This document shows, one piece after another, positions 37,736-53,670 of a DNA stretch of 64,000 nucleotides. Within the stretch, counting starts at the first letter, position 1. Every line of letters begins with the position of its first letter. The DNA comes from Anolis carolinensis (lineage: Eukaryota), in contig NC_085844.1 of the NCBI RefSeq assembly GCF_035594765.1, positions 214,288,107 through 214,352,106 on the forward strand, in the 5' to 3' direction. Under the pieces are notes generated by a model. It had not been told where the DNA came from. It made no database searches and saw only the letters and a program-made list of their open reading frames with translations. Position numbers and translations under genes: made by a program.

Positions 37736-37809
37736 GCCTGCCGATCAGCACTTATGCCAGATACTGTTACCGAAAACTGCAAAAGGTTGCAGTCACTGGA
37801 GGCAAAAAG
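37736..37809 (+). CDS. ARHGAP39: ARHGAP39-like exon (end of MyTH4)
   Basis: ctactag|GC acceptor and AAG|gtgagt donor; (G)LPISTYARYCYRKLQKVAVTGGKK. Confidence 0.92.
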
Positions 37810-38722
37810 GTGAGTCAGTCATGATATTCATATGTAGTTTTTTAAGTGAATTCTTCCTTTATCCTTTTTACCTTAGGGTTCTTTATTTGTTGCTGTTATT
37901 CTGGTAGATATAAGAATTATTGATTGGATAGATGCATACATTCATTCAAAAACTGTGGTAGAACTGGAAATGAATTATCTGAAATGTTCTATTTGTCTTT
38001 TTTTTTTAAAGGCATGAGTCCTTAAAATATTAATCTGTCTTGAGTAGTCCTATAAGAAATAGATGTGAAGTTGTTCCAATATTCAAAATTAATATACAAC
38101 AGTCTTGTAATCTGTACACATGAAGCACTTATTCTAGGAGAGATAATATGTCAACCTCTTTCAAACACACTATAGTAAATATTAAACAGAATTTGCTAGT
38201 TAAAATGAAATAAGAAACTATTTGATCCAGATCTCAAGTGAAAGATTCCAAACCCCTCCTTCTTTTGACCATGCCATAAGGATGACTTACTGTAATGTCC
38301 AAATGCAGTTTTAGTGCCTGTCTCCCAAGTTGATTGCAAAGAGCCTTGGGTTGAGTGTATCCCTAAAAATAGCCAGCCAGTATATATACCTCTTCAAGTC
38401 TGAGCATGTAACCTTTAATATTGTCTTGAATTTTAATTATTAGATTCTGATTTAAGTTTGAATGAAAAGTTCAAAGAGATGAAACTTATTCAGCTAACTA
38501 TAAAGTTGGGACCCAAACTAATCACTTCTGTAGAAGATAGCGCTGTTCATTTGGAATCACCCATTAAACTTCAGTTACCCTTCTGTTAGAAATCTCCTTT
38601 CTCTGAGATTCCATTATCCCATCTTCTTTTCAGAGACTACCTGAGAGCATTCCCTGTGATTGATGGTTCTATGCAGTATCCAGTAATTGCCAGTTAAACT
38701 TTATTGTTTGTTTTGTGTATAG

Positions 38723-38923
<201 letters not shown>

Positions 38924-40871
38924 TGAGCTTAGCTATAAAGCTACATTAATTATTATTGATGCTATCTACATGAAATCTAGCATGTATTTGGCCACACAAG
39001 ATTTTTCCTTCAAATCCACATAGAACTGCATGCTTTGAAGTCCCAGGTACACAAAGAGTGTCAGTTCAGGAAGTAATATCTGCACAACAGCAAAATAATT
39101 TGTGAGAGTTTGTACTTCTCAACATTTACTTCTAAACAAATTGTTTGTGCTACTGCTTATACATTTGCATCAGGACAGATTGAAATGGAAGCAGCAAGAT
39201 CAAGACTGCCCGCTATTACAAGAGTGGTTATTATCTGAAGTTTCAGATACAACCCAAGAATGAGCCATTGTTTCTGAAAAGGTGAAAGGTGAACAGCAAC
39301 CATTCCAACTCCAGCCATTAAAATATAATAAGCCAATTGCAGCTATTTAAGTTTTCATCTCCAGCTTAATTCTTACATTCCCATCTTGATAGGATGTTCT
39401 ATAGTAGGTCATGGCATCAGCCTTTTACCATACAAAGCGCTTTGGCCCTTTATATTTACAGAAATGCAAACATTGCTTGTGAAAATTGTTACCTCACCAA
39501 AATTTTACCCATTTTATTGAATAGTCGTGTTAGCTCTGGTTAACTTGTTGAAAATATGCATTAGCAGAGCAGTTGTCATAGACATTTTCTGTAAGGTTCA
39601 AACAGTTTCACAAAGCCCAGCTTGAACACCAGTGGAGTGGGGAAAAAATACAATCAATTGGAAGTCCTTGGTTAACAGATCAATCTAGGGAGAAGCTCTG
39701 TAGCAAATGAACTGTCTCAATTTCCCCTCTCATTGACTATTGATTTTCTTTGCTTTCTAGCCATATCAGAGGACGCTACAATTTCTAGTCTAAAAAAATG
39801 CATGGTCTAATGGGAAGGGAGGTTGCTCTAAACTCATCAGCAGTTTTGTCCACATGTTTTCTGTGTTTTTCTCTCCTTCTTTTCCAGTATTTTCACCTTA
39901 CCAATGAATATTCAATTTATTGCTATCTTCTCTGTAGATAGATGTGATGGGAAAGATAAATTGTGGGAAACACATAGGTGCATCATTCATATTTTTCCTG
40001 AGGCTTCTCCCATTCCGTTTCTCACACTGAATAGATATAACTCTAGGCTGCTGTTGTTTTGCTTTTTGTTTACATTCTGTCCCAAAGATGCAGAGCAAGG
40101 AACCATATCTGGAAATAAGTGACAAATGCAAATAACTCTGCAAAAAAAGTGACAGGAGTGACAGGGCTCATTGGCTACCAGTGGCAATGCTGCAAACCAA
40201 ATTCTGTCACATACTCAAAGAAAAAAGGATCACTTAAATTATTCTGATTCAGATTCTGATTAATAACTGCCAAGAAGTCAGTATCATAGTTGTAGAAAAT
40301 TAATTTCTTTGTGGTAGCACTTATCTCTGCTACTGCTAACACTCCCAGACAAATACATATGTGTGCGCGTGCACACACACACACACCAACATTTTGATTG
40401 TACTAGTGTGGCTTATTTTGATAAATGCATTCTTGGTGTTGATCATTATGTGTTTAAAACAATATTATGATGCACAAAAGCGAAGAACCAGCAAAATATG
40501 AGGGGTTGTTTTAATTTGGAGAATTATGGAAAATATTGGGGGAATAAGAGGAAGCACAAAGAGGTCAGGGAGAGTTCCATATGCTTAGTTACCATGGTTT
40601 ACTGATTAACTATTGAAATGATAAAAACAGAAAATTTGGGGGAAAAGCGAAAATTCAGGGGAAGTGGATCTAGAGTGTCATGAAACTAGAATTCTGGATA
40701 GAACCTTGAATAGAATCCCTCCTTGCAGCAACTTTTTGTTATCAGGTTCATTTTTTTCACATCAGCTTTGGTATTCTTATCAAGCTAGTATGTGTCTGTC
40801 TGTCAGAGGTGCTCCAATGAATGTATATAGCCTCATCTGTGCTAGTACCTCTTGTTTCTGGAACTATGTGA

Positions 40872-42506
<1,635 letters not shown>

Positions 42507-42709
42507 TATCCCATATGGTAGCTCTGTTCTGCTCCATAGTGTAAATAATTTTGAAGTTTCAGTCTATATTCATTTTATGTATATCACACTTAGTCTTCCC
42601 CGCAGTTCTTACAAAGATGTTGTCTCCATCCAAAAGCTGCTTTTTTATACTGAACAGATTGCTAGCTCCAGCAGAAGTAGGTCATTCTTTTAAGGGCCAG
42701 TTAAACTAT

Positions 42710-43404
42710 AGGTGTATCTACATTGTAGGATTAAAGCAGTTTGACACCATCTTAACTGCCATGACTCAATGCTAGGGAATCCTGGGATTTCTAGTATGGT
42801 GAGACACCAGCACTCTTTGGCAGAGAAGGATAAAGACCTCAAAAACATAGTATTTAAATGACACATGGCATGAATATACAGAGTAATCCGATTTAAATTT
42901 TCTGATATGGGATAACCAATATTGGGGGATACTCCAAAATAGAGCTTGTAATGTACATCAGCATGCCTAGGTGTAAACTGCATCACATGGTGAAATAGAT
43001 TAAGAAGTGAGTGTTCTGGGGATCCAAACATGCGCATTGGGGAGGGGGAGATGAAGAACAACCCCAAATCCTCCACAGCCATGAAGCCACAAATACTGTA
43101 GATCCTGGTTGGAGTAAGCCTCTTGTGTGTATACAAATCACCCAGCCCTCGGCCCGTTCTGCCTTGGTCAGACTACTGTGTCCAATTCTGGGCACCGCAA
43201 TTAAAGGGACATGTTGACAAGCTGGAAAGCGTCCAGAGGAGGGCAACTAAAATGATGAGCAATTGAAATTGCTTCCTCCTCTGCCAACCTCACCCCACCT
43301 TAAATGGTCAGTGTAGTTTTGCTCTTTGAAAAACTACAACTTCCATGATTCCATAGCATTAAGTGGTGCTAGACTGTATAATGTCTGCAATGTAGATGCA
43401 CCCT
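42710..43404. mobile_element. Old palindromic non-autonomous DNA element containing a CR1 fragment (~43150-43260)
   Basis: GGTGTATCTACATTGTAG at the left and CTGCAATGTAGATGCACC at the right are inverted termini. Confidence 0.5.
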
Positions 43405-43448
43405 ACATCTTCTATGCTATTGCTGCATCTCTATTATAGTGTTATTAA

Positions 43449-43685
<237 letters not shown>

Positions 43686-46600
43686 TGGTTTGGTTTCAAA
43701 CAAGAGTGTGAAGAAAGCAAGGAATTCTTGCCGATATTACCTTCCTTGAGCATTGGATCTCTCCCTTTACAGCCTCTAGGCTCCTGGGATTGTTTCTGTT
43801 CCTTTTAACAGGTGTTTCTTAACTCAAGCATGGATGATGTTGATGACTAAGAAAGCCCCATATCGGAAGGACTTTGGAAGCATCGTGGAGCCAAATCCCA
43901 GAATACGTATGAAGTAATTCTTGAAATCCTCTGCTATTCGCTTCCTAGGCAAATCAAAATGTCAGTCGGTGCAATTGCTTCATAACAAAGTGTATCAACC
44001 TGCTATGTTTTACACTGGGAAATCCACTGTACATTAAATGCTCATTCATTAGAATGAACATCTCTGTTACTGAAATTTTACTTCCACTTCCTAAAGTCTG
44101 GGTGCTTTTACATAGGCTTCGTTCCCAAAGCAGAAATAATTGCTGTCTCAGGCTGCAATAGTTTATGCCAGGCCTTGGAACAGAACAATCAGTTCTGACA
44201 TGTTCATTTATTGGCTTAAGCTTTCACTAGTAATTTTTCACCTTAAAGGGCATCTGTCCTTTTGGACATCATTCCTGGATTCAGTTTCTTAGCAGTAGAT
44301 CAGCTGCAGCTTATGAAACATTAGCTGAATCTCTTTGTGAATGGTGTTGTTTCTCACCACTGTCCACATTAAAAGAACTAATTGGAATGCAGTGTTAGAA
44401 ACCTAAGTAAAGTGACATGATCTTACAACAGGATCGGCAAACTATTAAAGCCTAGGACACCATATTGCTGCCTCCAGAAGATTTCAGAAAACCATACTCC
44501 AGCTCCTATAACCACAACATTTTTGCCCCCAAATGTCCTGTGGAGGTGTTTTGTCCACTCTCATGCTATTCACTTCCTGTTTGTTTGTTTTTTAAAACAG
44601 CATAGGCCAGAGAGGCAAAAGCATGGTGAAAATGCCCCTCACTTTCCCTAGAGGGCATTTAATAGCAAAATAATTACACATGGGAGCAAAGAAAAAACAG
44701 CCTTGAGGGGTCACATGCAGCCCCTGGGTGCTATTTTGTCCACTCCTGTTTTACAGTAAAAACAGTAATGGGCTGGAGGTTGGAAGACAGCAAAATGTTT
44801 CAACAGTGAAGCTGTTTCTCCCTTCTGTCACCCATTGTATCTTGGAAAGAGGCTGTTCAAATTTCAAACTACTATTTGTCCCAGTGCTTGGATTAGATGA
44901 CTCATACTGCAGAGATCCTCGACTCCTTCAGAGTTGACTTTCTGTCATAGCAATGTAAATAGTTTGTACGATTAGGATTCCCTCAGACGGGAAATTGCCA
45001 TTTATGGTAGGCTGCAATCATGATGACTCTTGCTTCCCTTCTTCTTTCTCCGACATAGACTAAAATCAGGTATCAAGTTGCTGTGAAACTCTTGAAAGCA
45101 GGAGCAGCTACCTTTGCTGCCCTCAAGATGGTTTTCTGTGCTCCCATTTCCCACCCAGGCTTATTCACATGATGCAGATCTTCTGGTATCTTCCCACTTG
45201 AGTTAAAAGAAACTGTCAAGAGTTCAGCAATTTTGGTTTTTTGCCAAAGCACTAAAATTAACCCTTTATTTATCATTTTCCATAATTTAATTGCCCTTCA
45301 GGTTCCATTTGTAATGGAGTGGAGAAAACAAACAGGTGCATATATTATACCTATCTTTCCCCCACTCTCTAATACAAGATGCAGGTGCCCAATATAAAAT
45401 GGAGAACTTATATGAGAAAGACAGAGTTAACTACACCATCTCCTATTGCCATGATAGAAATGCAATATCATCTGTGGCACCTGATTTTTCCTCCTTACTT
45501 CAAAAAATATAGAAAGATCTGATTATGGAATTTCCCATGTCAAATCCTGTCAATACATCTGGTCTGAAAACCCTCAATTAAAATATCTAGATAGAAAGGG
45601 AAAGGGAGGTCAAAAAAGACACAACGAATTTGAAAAGTTGGTGGCACATGAGAGAAACCCTAAGTGGAGGATTTCTTGTGCCATCTCAAGAATGGGATAT
45701 CCCTGTGCAACTCCATTCTGCCTTTTCCTAAAATGTTGGCCATTTCTCATCAGTGCAGGAGTCTTATTGTCCATTCAGACACTAGACCCTATGCTGTTCT
45801 AATCATGGAAGGACTACTATGGTCTCAATCCCGCTTCTCCCTTCTCCTTTCACAATATTAGCAACTCCCAACCCTGTTCAGGCATTGTTAAGCAGAGTAA
45901 CTTACACATGTGAGGAAGTAGAAACATTGTCCTCCTGATCACACTCCATAAATAGGAGTCTGTCTTCCAAACAGGACAAGAAAAGGGAGGGCAGTGGGAC
46001 TAGGTCACCATCCTTCTCATGCATCTGACTTACTTTGTTTTGGTGCCTCTGAAGAGGTCTTTCCTTCTGACGTTTTGGAACTGAGTGCAGACTTTTTAAC
46101 AAAACTGAACAGTTTACCTCCTTGGAAAGAGGCTGGCTAGTTTAATGTAAAGGGAAGAAATCTGTTGGAAACAGTCAAGCTTGTTTATTTGTGAAATCAG
46201 TGCTTTGGGCATTTCCTGTGCCAGTAACAATGTGATGAATCTTAGAGATGAATTAGTACCCGCAGGTTAGGAGTGGATGAAGGAATACGTGTTTCCCTTT
46301 GGTTCCCAGATACTGTGATACTTACTACAAGACTATTACATCTCATTATATAGAATAAAAAGTTACTACTGTTTCCCACTTGAGCCAGTTCAGCTGTAAA
46401 ATCAAATCCTTTAACTTGGTCTGTGTGATAATGCCAAAGTCCCTGTTCTTTCTTTACCTCATAGTGTGCCTTTTTCAATTGTCTTTTGAGATTTAGCTTA
46501 CTGAGACAATTTAACTTGATCATCTGGGAATAATAATTCCTAGTATCTAAATAAGACCATTTCCTGAAAATCAAACCACACTTTATGTTGATAAGTGCAT

Positions 46601-47800
46601 CTCCCCTTAACATAATTTTGGAAAACAGATGGTGTGGCATAATTTTTTCATTGGTTTGCTGCTCCACTTCACTGGTGGTTTCAGTTAGTATTTCTGCAGC
46701 TATGCTCAGTGTAGTGTCACATGGCTTTTTCAACTATTTCTTACTATTGTGACATACATAGAATGTGTGGTAGTCTTATTGACAACTGCATATAATGAAG
46801 TAGATCAGCCTGAGATTTCCGAGGAGCTAGGTGCTATTCAGATAGGCTCCTCTGCCAGAATTTGGCCAGTGCTCTTTAGATAAAATCTGAAATGGATATT
46901 GTACCTGTTGTGCCAGAAGATTAGGACTGGAATCCCATAATACTTACTTAGGAGTGAGCATCACTGAACTCAATGCGACTGACTTCTGACTAAATATGAA
47001 TAGGACCGAATGTTAAAATGTTGGTTTAAAAACACCCACTAAACTTAGGATTTTTTCAGACTTGCCAGAACAAGAGTTAATTGGGTCTGCTTCTTTTACA
47101 AAGCAACAAATAATGTTAGTATCTTAGTCTTGCACAAATTTTATGCTCACACAGCATACTCATTAGGTAAACTGTCTCTGTCTGTGGTTAAGTGATAAGA
47201 GTTATTTCAGTTTATGCATTTCCTTGTTCAAATGAGAAATTTTAAGTAATACGTAGGGTGTCATATACCCTTCCACCCCTAAAAGTAGACATTTTGAATT
47301 GGTTTTAGTACATCCTTTGGGAACACACAGGTTTATATACTGCATCTAACTACAGTGGTGGTTAATCATTAAAAACCCACTGGCACTTAGGTATAACACA
47401 AACATGGATGGACTTTTTTATATTAATGCTCTATTTTCTCTCAAAGGCTGTAAGATAGGCTAAAAATTACACTGGATATTCTTTTCTTTTTGCCAGTTTC
47501 TTTGCAAATGTGAATCTGCAAAACATACTGTTTCTTATTGTTTCTAAAGAATAATTAATTAAACATATTGTGGTTAATCAATGTCTTCTGTGGTTATTTA
47601 TATGTAGTTTTAGACTAACTCATCTAGGCTAAGGCCAGAATGCACATGACTCAGCTGGATTTATACTTCCCTTCCGGTATTTGGAAAACTTTTTCCTAGC
47701 CGATCCAGGCTGTCTGTAAGGATCCAAGCATAATTGAGGTCGATCAATCATTTGAACATTTCATCATTATATGGAGTTATAAATAAAGTGTTAGCATTAC
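43686..47800 (+). other. Putative long 3' UTR with candidate poly(A) signals (ATTAAA ~47558, AATAAA 47782)
   Basis: About 4 kb that is repeat-poor after the stop codon; AATAAA is followed by a GT/T-rich downstream element. The end is not provable from sequence alone. Confidence 0.45.
44429..44748. mobile_element. Old hAT MITE within the putative 3' UTR
   Basis: CAGGATCGGCAAA...TTTGTCCACTCCTG ends with a degenerate 8-bp TSD (TCTTACAA/TTTTACAG). Confidence 0.5.
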
Positions 47801-48637
47801 TGTTGTTTTTATAAGCATATGGAAAGCACTTTTTGTTGTTTCCTCTTAACAGATAGGTTTTCCAATTGTTGTGTGAGTTCAAGTAATTTCTGACTTATGT
47901 GCCCCTGTCACAGGGTTTTCTTGGCCCGATTTGCTGAGGGAATGTAACTTATTGAGGATCACCCAGTAGGTTTCCATAGCTGAGCAGGGATTTGAATCCT
48001 AGTCTCCCAGACCAACTCTCAAACCACTCTGTTTCTGACTGCAATGAATCAAGTTTCTTTAGCATGTGAAAAGCACCTTTTTCTTCCTCATTAGAACTGG
48101 TTCTACAGCAAAAGCAAATCAAGAGGTTGCATGAAGCCTCATGTCATTTCAGGTGTATATGCCAGAATCTCTTGCAACATTTCGTAGCTGCTTGAACAGA
48201 CTTCTCATATTAGGCATGTCTTTGCATGTTCCAGGATTTGGAAATTGGCATCCACTATGAAATATGAAAAGGCCCCAGACTGCACTTTTCAGATAGCATA
48301 ACACAACAGATGTAACTATGCCCAAACATCTGAGTTTAAAGTCAGGGTGTCCAGTAAAGACATTCCAACCAAAAATGGCTCTAGAACCTATATTTTATAT
48401 GTTGATTACCAGTTCTGCAAATTTTAGTTTTTAAGCAAAAACTGATACTAGGTTTTCAACATGGACATCAGAGAAATGAATCATGATAGCAAATAGGAAC
48501 ATGAGTTTATGACAGTTTTCTTTATTTTCTTTTTGTGGTATTCAGTCCTTGTAGAAAGATGCAACTTTAAACAAAACAAAAACTTATACCATAACTGTTG
48601 GCTATCATGCTTTCAGTCTGGGTTTACTTCTTAAATA

Positions 48638-49835
48638 CCCATATCTACTCTAATCTAGTGTACCATCGATTGTAATGCGCATCTCAATTTTGAAGCACAC
48701 ATTAGAAAAAAATGATTTGACAGAGAAGGAGAAGCTGCATCTGCCTTCTCCAAGTATTTCTCTCTTTTTTATTATAAAGGTTGTTTCAAGACAGCTACTT
48801 TTTAAAAAAGCTATGCTGATTGACATGTTGTAGCACTTGCAATGTAAAAAATTGACCTTTTTGTTTTATGTTTTATGTTGATTTTAACGATTGTTTTTAC
48901 TGTAATTGATGTTTTTATTGGATAACTGTTTTATTGCTGTGTTTTGATATTTGATTGTTTTATTGGGCAAGGCCCCATGTAAGCCGCCCCGAGTCCCTTC
49001 GGGAAGATGGGGCGGGGTATAAAAATAAAGTTATTATTATTATTATTATTTTCCAAAAGGCTAACTAAAATAGCTGTGTGGGGGATTCTGGGACTTGCAG
49101 CCCCCCTTAAAAAAAACTTTTCCAAGCACATCTCACTCCTTTTTTTAAAAAAGCCTATTTAAAATGAGCTATTTTGCCACCTGCTGGATAAGGAATTTTG
49201 GGACTTGCATCCAAATAAGTTCTTTTGTTCCAACCACTTTTCTTTCTTTCTTTTCAAAGGTTGGAAAGGCAGGGAGTCCCTGTTCCTTACCCTCTCGACT
49301 GGGAGGCTAAAGAAAACATAATGGAGAGGGTGTCAGGAAACTGGAACATATATGCATATGTGATGGGATTGTAAATATGTACAAAAGTTTTGAGAAATTG
49401 TTATAAGGGAAATAGAAAATATTATGAATATAGACATTAGAAGGAATCTGGCAGGAATATTGTTATCAATTAAAAGAGATGAAGGGAAAGATAAGAGGGG
49501 GAAAATTAATAGTCATGGAGATTATTACTAGCAAAATGTTGGAAAGGGGAAATGACAATACAAATTGATGTCAGGCATAAAGAAGTCTGGAGAATGGCAT
49601 TGAATGGTAAACTAACATCAAATTTAAAAGTAAAGTAGGGACTATGGAAAAAATGACCTTGAAAACACCTGGAGAATTTTAGAAAAGGTATTGGAAAAAG
49701 AAGATGGGAATTTACCTCCACAGGAAGAACTGAACTTTTGGTCAGATTTTAGAAGAAGAGATGGCTTTGGAGAAAGGGAGCACAGTGATTAGAGAGAATA
49801 AAGTGGGAGACGGTGAATAGTCATAAGATTGGTGA

Positions 49836-49874
<39 letters not shown>

Positions 49875-50638
49875 TACAGTAGAGTCTCACTTATCCAACA
49901 CTCGCTTATCCAATGTTCTGGATTATCCAACGCATTTTTGTAGTCAATGTTTTCAATACATCATGATATTTTGGTGCTAAATTCGTAAATACAGTAATTA
50001 CTACATAGCATTACTGCATATTGAACTACTTTTTCTGTCAATTTTGTTGTATAACATGATGTTTTGGTGCTTAATTTGTAAAATCATAACCTAATTTGAT
50101 GTTTAATAGGCTTTTCCTTAATGCCTCCTTATTATCCAACATATTTGCTTATCCAACATTCTGCCAGCCCGTTTATGTTGGATAAGTGAGACTCTACTGT
50201 ATATATGTCTATATAATTGTAAATAAATAAGGGAAAACAGACTTGGGAAGGAGATGGTGTCCCCTTTCCTTGTTCTCTCACTGGGAGGCTAAGGAAAACA
50301 GCTTAGGAAGAGTGGGGTGGGGAGCTCCCTTCTTCTTCACTTCTCAGCTGGGAGGCAAGGAGAAGTGGCTCCCCCCCCCCCCCCCCGCCCAAGCCAAGTC
50401 AGGCTCAGCTGAGGGGTGTAGCTTTCCAGCTGGCCTCATTCAGAGCCTGAATGAGGCCAGTTGGGAAGCTACCACTCCTCCATCAGGTAGAGGCTGGCAA
50501 ATCCGTTACACTCAGTCTAAGGGAGGGGTGCAGCCACCTTTTGGTGCACGGTTCTAATGCGCCATCGACTGTAATAAGCATCTCCATTTTGGTTAAGCAA
50601 TTAAGCAAAAGATGTGCATTACATTTGAATAAATATGG
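48638..50638. mobile_element. Old Tc1/pogo-like non-autonomous element with nested insertions (L2 tail ~48860-49050; MITE 49877-50199)
   Basis: CCATATCTACTCTAATCTAGTG at the left and CATTACATTTGAATAAATATGG at the right, with a repeated subterminal motif CCATCGA(T/C)TGTAAT. Confidence 0.45.
49877..50199. mobile_element. Tigger-like MITE
   Basis: Perfect TIR CAGTAGAGTCTCACTTATCCAAC with TA TSD. Confidence 0.9.
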
Positions 50639-51229
50639 CATTAATACTTGAAGAATCTGTTCATCATTGATATAGAAAACCCCTATCTACCTCACCACTA
50701 GCGTAAAGAAAGTTGATCAAAAGTTGGGATGTGCTCCATTTGAAATAAGTCTATATACAGTTGGAATTAAATGCTGCTGATATGGGAGATCATAGCAATG
50801 ATGGTGAAAATCACACACAAAGGGGCATTTTAGACAGTGTCAGAAAATAACATCCAAAAGTCTCAACAGTCATCCTGTACTATCTTTCAGCCACCATTTC
50901 AAAAAGCATAACATATGAAACAAAGGGATGCCAATTTCCTGTAATTCACACATACATAACTGGATCTGGCAAGCCTAGATTAAGATAACACTCAGAAGAA
51001 GCACAATTATTACATTCACAATCCCACCTAGCCTTCAACCCACTAGCTGGGTTCTTTAGGCACAACACTGCTGAGATTTAGATTTTTAAAAATGTCTGCA
51101 AGAGAAATACTACCACCATGTGGTCAGTGTGGGAAACTGATCATAAGAGCATAAAAAGAGGGTTAGAGAATAAATAGTTCTACGCTGTAAGTAATCAGAT
51201 AAGGCAAGATGATTAAAATCCCAACTAGA

Positions 51230-52570
51230 AAATAAAAACCTTCAGTATCTACCCAGAACACATTACTAAATGTATTGTTAACAGCCAAGCCCTCTGATAC
51301 AACTGCAACTGCTCAGAAGACAGAGACTCAAAACTCCTGGATTTATAATAGGCATACCCGTAAGGAGGTGAAGAAAGAATTCACACGGCAAAATTAATAC
51401 CCAGGAACCATTTACTGGAGATCCATGTGAGATCCATGTGAGATTTGAGTGTTGGACAAAAACTGGGAGAAATCCCCACTCAGCTACAGAAACCAATTTG
51501 GACAAGTCACATTCTCTCAGAGGAAGACAAATGCAAGCTCCCTCTAAGCAAACCATGCCAAGAAAACCCCAGGAAACCATAGGCTCACCATTAGTCAGAA
51601 ACAACTTGAAGACATATAACCACAACAACAACCATTTACTAAGAGATAGAGCAAAAACACAAAATGGCAGAACACCCTAGTGGTCACCTATAGTTCCCAG
51701 ATGAGGCCTACAACCAATTCTGAAAATAACACAGCCATTCATAAACTCTGGGTGACAGGTCTTGATTGGCCTCCAAATAGCCTCCAAATCTTGAACAACT
51801 ATTTACTTACAACAGGATACATAACATAGATGGTATACATGGAACAAGGCCCTGCCACAAACTCAAGTGCCAGCTTTGTATTCACATCTACATAAACAAT
51901 ATTACTGGGGCCAATTACATTACAACATCAAAGGTACATTTACTTTCTTTTCCTCCTCGTTGATATGTGACATCTTATGCCAGCAATGCCCTTCTACACG
52001 AGACAAACAAACCAGCCTCTATGTAAGAGAATTAATGGACACAAAACCGACATTTTAAATGACAATATCCAAAAATCATATTCAGAATATTTCAACCTTC
52101 CTGGATATACAATAAGGGAGTTATAACTATGGTCCTTTAACAAGGAAATTACCAAAAGAAGGCTACAGAAAGAAAATGCTGAATTTAATTATATGCACAA
52201 ATTCCAACCCATTAGCAGAGATATAACCAAAGATAATGGCTTCATGACACTCTATATATATTATTACAAGAGACCTTGTTATTTAACATATAACAGAATT
52301 TTTCTTATGAGCATTGAACCCAATAAAATTATTTTTGGTGAGCAAATTCACTGCTTTCACACATCAACACTAACTGACCACTGTAAAGATCTAAAAGACC
52401 TCAACAGCTTCACCCAGCCCTTTGAAAATGAATTGCAAGAGACGTAATTTATAGCTTTCTGAATCATACTACATTCTATCCACTTCCACAACTGTATAAA
52501 TATGCTTTATACCTAACCCCTTCATATCACAGTGCTGCATCTAAAAAAATTGAGTTGTACCACACAGCTA
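51230..52570 (+). mobile_element. Degraded Penelope-like element (RT C-terminus and GIY-YIG endonuclease)
   Basis: Frameshifted motifs RTPLVVTY, PPNLEQLFT, NIKGTFT..LCQQCPS, RINGHK, YFNLPG, KDNGFMTLY. Decayed hammerhead-like end near 52540. Confidence 0.7.
51417..51629 (+). mobile_element. Old SINE inserted in the Penelope remnant
   Basis: 11-bp TSD AACCATTTACT at 51406-51416 and 51630-51640, (CAA)n tail. Removing it restores PRNHLLRDRAK. Confidence 0.7.
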
Positions 52571-53519
52571 ATTAAAAAAAAACAGTTATCCTTAAAGATG
52601 CTGCCACATTTTTTTTTCTCTTCCCTTCTTTCCTCCTGTTTCTGCTGCAAGATACATCTACTTCTTTGAAAAATATGCCCAAGGCATGACTTTATAACAC
52701 AGCTATTACATTGTAACAGGGCAATATATGAATGTAGTAGATGGTGATAAGATTGGCTACTAATGGGTTTGAAGTATAACTAGTTCTGTCAGCCTTTGTC
52801 TAGTATCTTTTCAGATAATCTTACATTAAAATACCAGTGATCTGTGATACTGAAGCTCAAATGTTCTATTTCCCTTTTAATAATATATTCTTTATTTCCA
52901 TTATTTACATTACCTCACCTTTATTACATTTTGTTCCATTATGCAAGAGAAGACTACAAGACAAAACACACCAGAAAATATAGAGGGAGTTATGTTAATG
53001 CCCTATTGAGCAGTTCCAAAGATTTTAGCACCTACACCCCCCCCCCCCCAAATGACCAAGATATACGGTAGATTTTCATACTACATTTGCTTTTACTTAA
53101 TTTTACTAACATTGGGCAACATTGTAGTGTTTGAAATAGAACCGTTAACATGTGAATACATACTCTTGAAAATACTATTTTGAAGGTTTCTCCATGCTTT
53201 CGGTACATTTCTCAGTCTGTATGAGCATCACTGGATCCCAGGGCTTGAAAAGTCTTCGAGCCTCCTGAACTTGTTCATCTCTCTTTTAAATGCTACTTAA
53301 TTTTGCTCTTAGAAATTATGGCCAAATTTGGTGTGATTTGGCCCAGTGGTTTTGTTGTTTCTTCTGTCCTAATTATGGACATTACATAAAATCAGGCTAA
53401 TTTGCCATTTAAAATTATATTAAATAACTATACTAAAACACCAGAATAAAACTGAAAAATACTATCTCTTTTGGAAATCATTTATTATTGATTCCCACAT
53501 CTATCCAGCAAATGTTCCT

Positions 53520-53670
53520 GGGTTGAGGCTCCTTCTTGGGAGGCTTTTAAGCAGAGGCTGGATGGCCATCTGTCAGGAGTGTTTTTAATGTCATTTTCCT
53601 GCTTCTTGGCAGGGGGTTGGACTGGATGGCCCGGGAGGTCTCTTCCAACTCTTATGATTCTATGATTCTA
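53520..53670 (+). mobile_element. CR1 3' end
   Basis: Matches the CR1 3' UTR, with an ATGATTCTATGATTCT tail. Confidence 0.85.
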
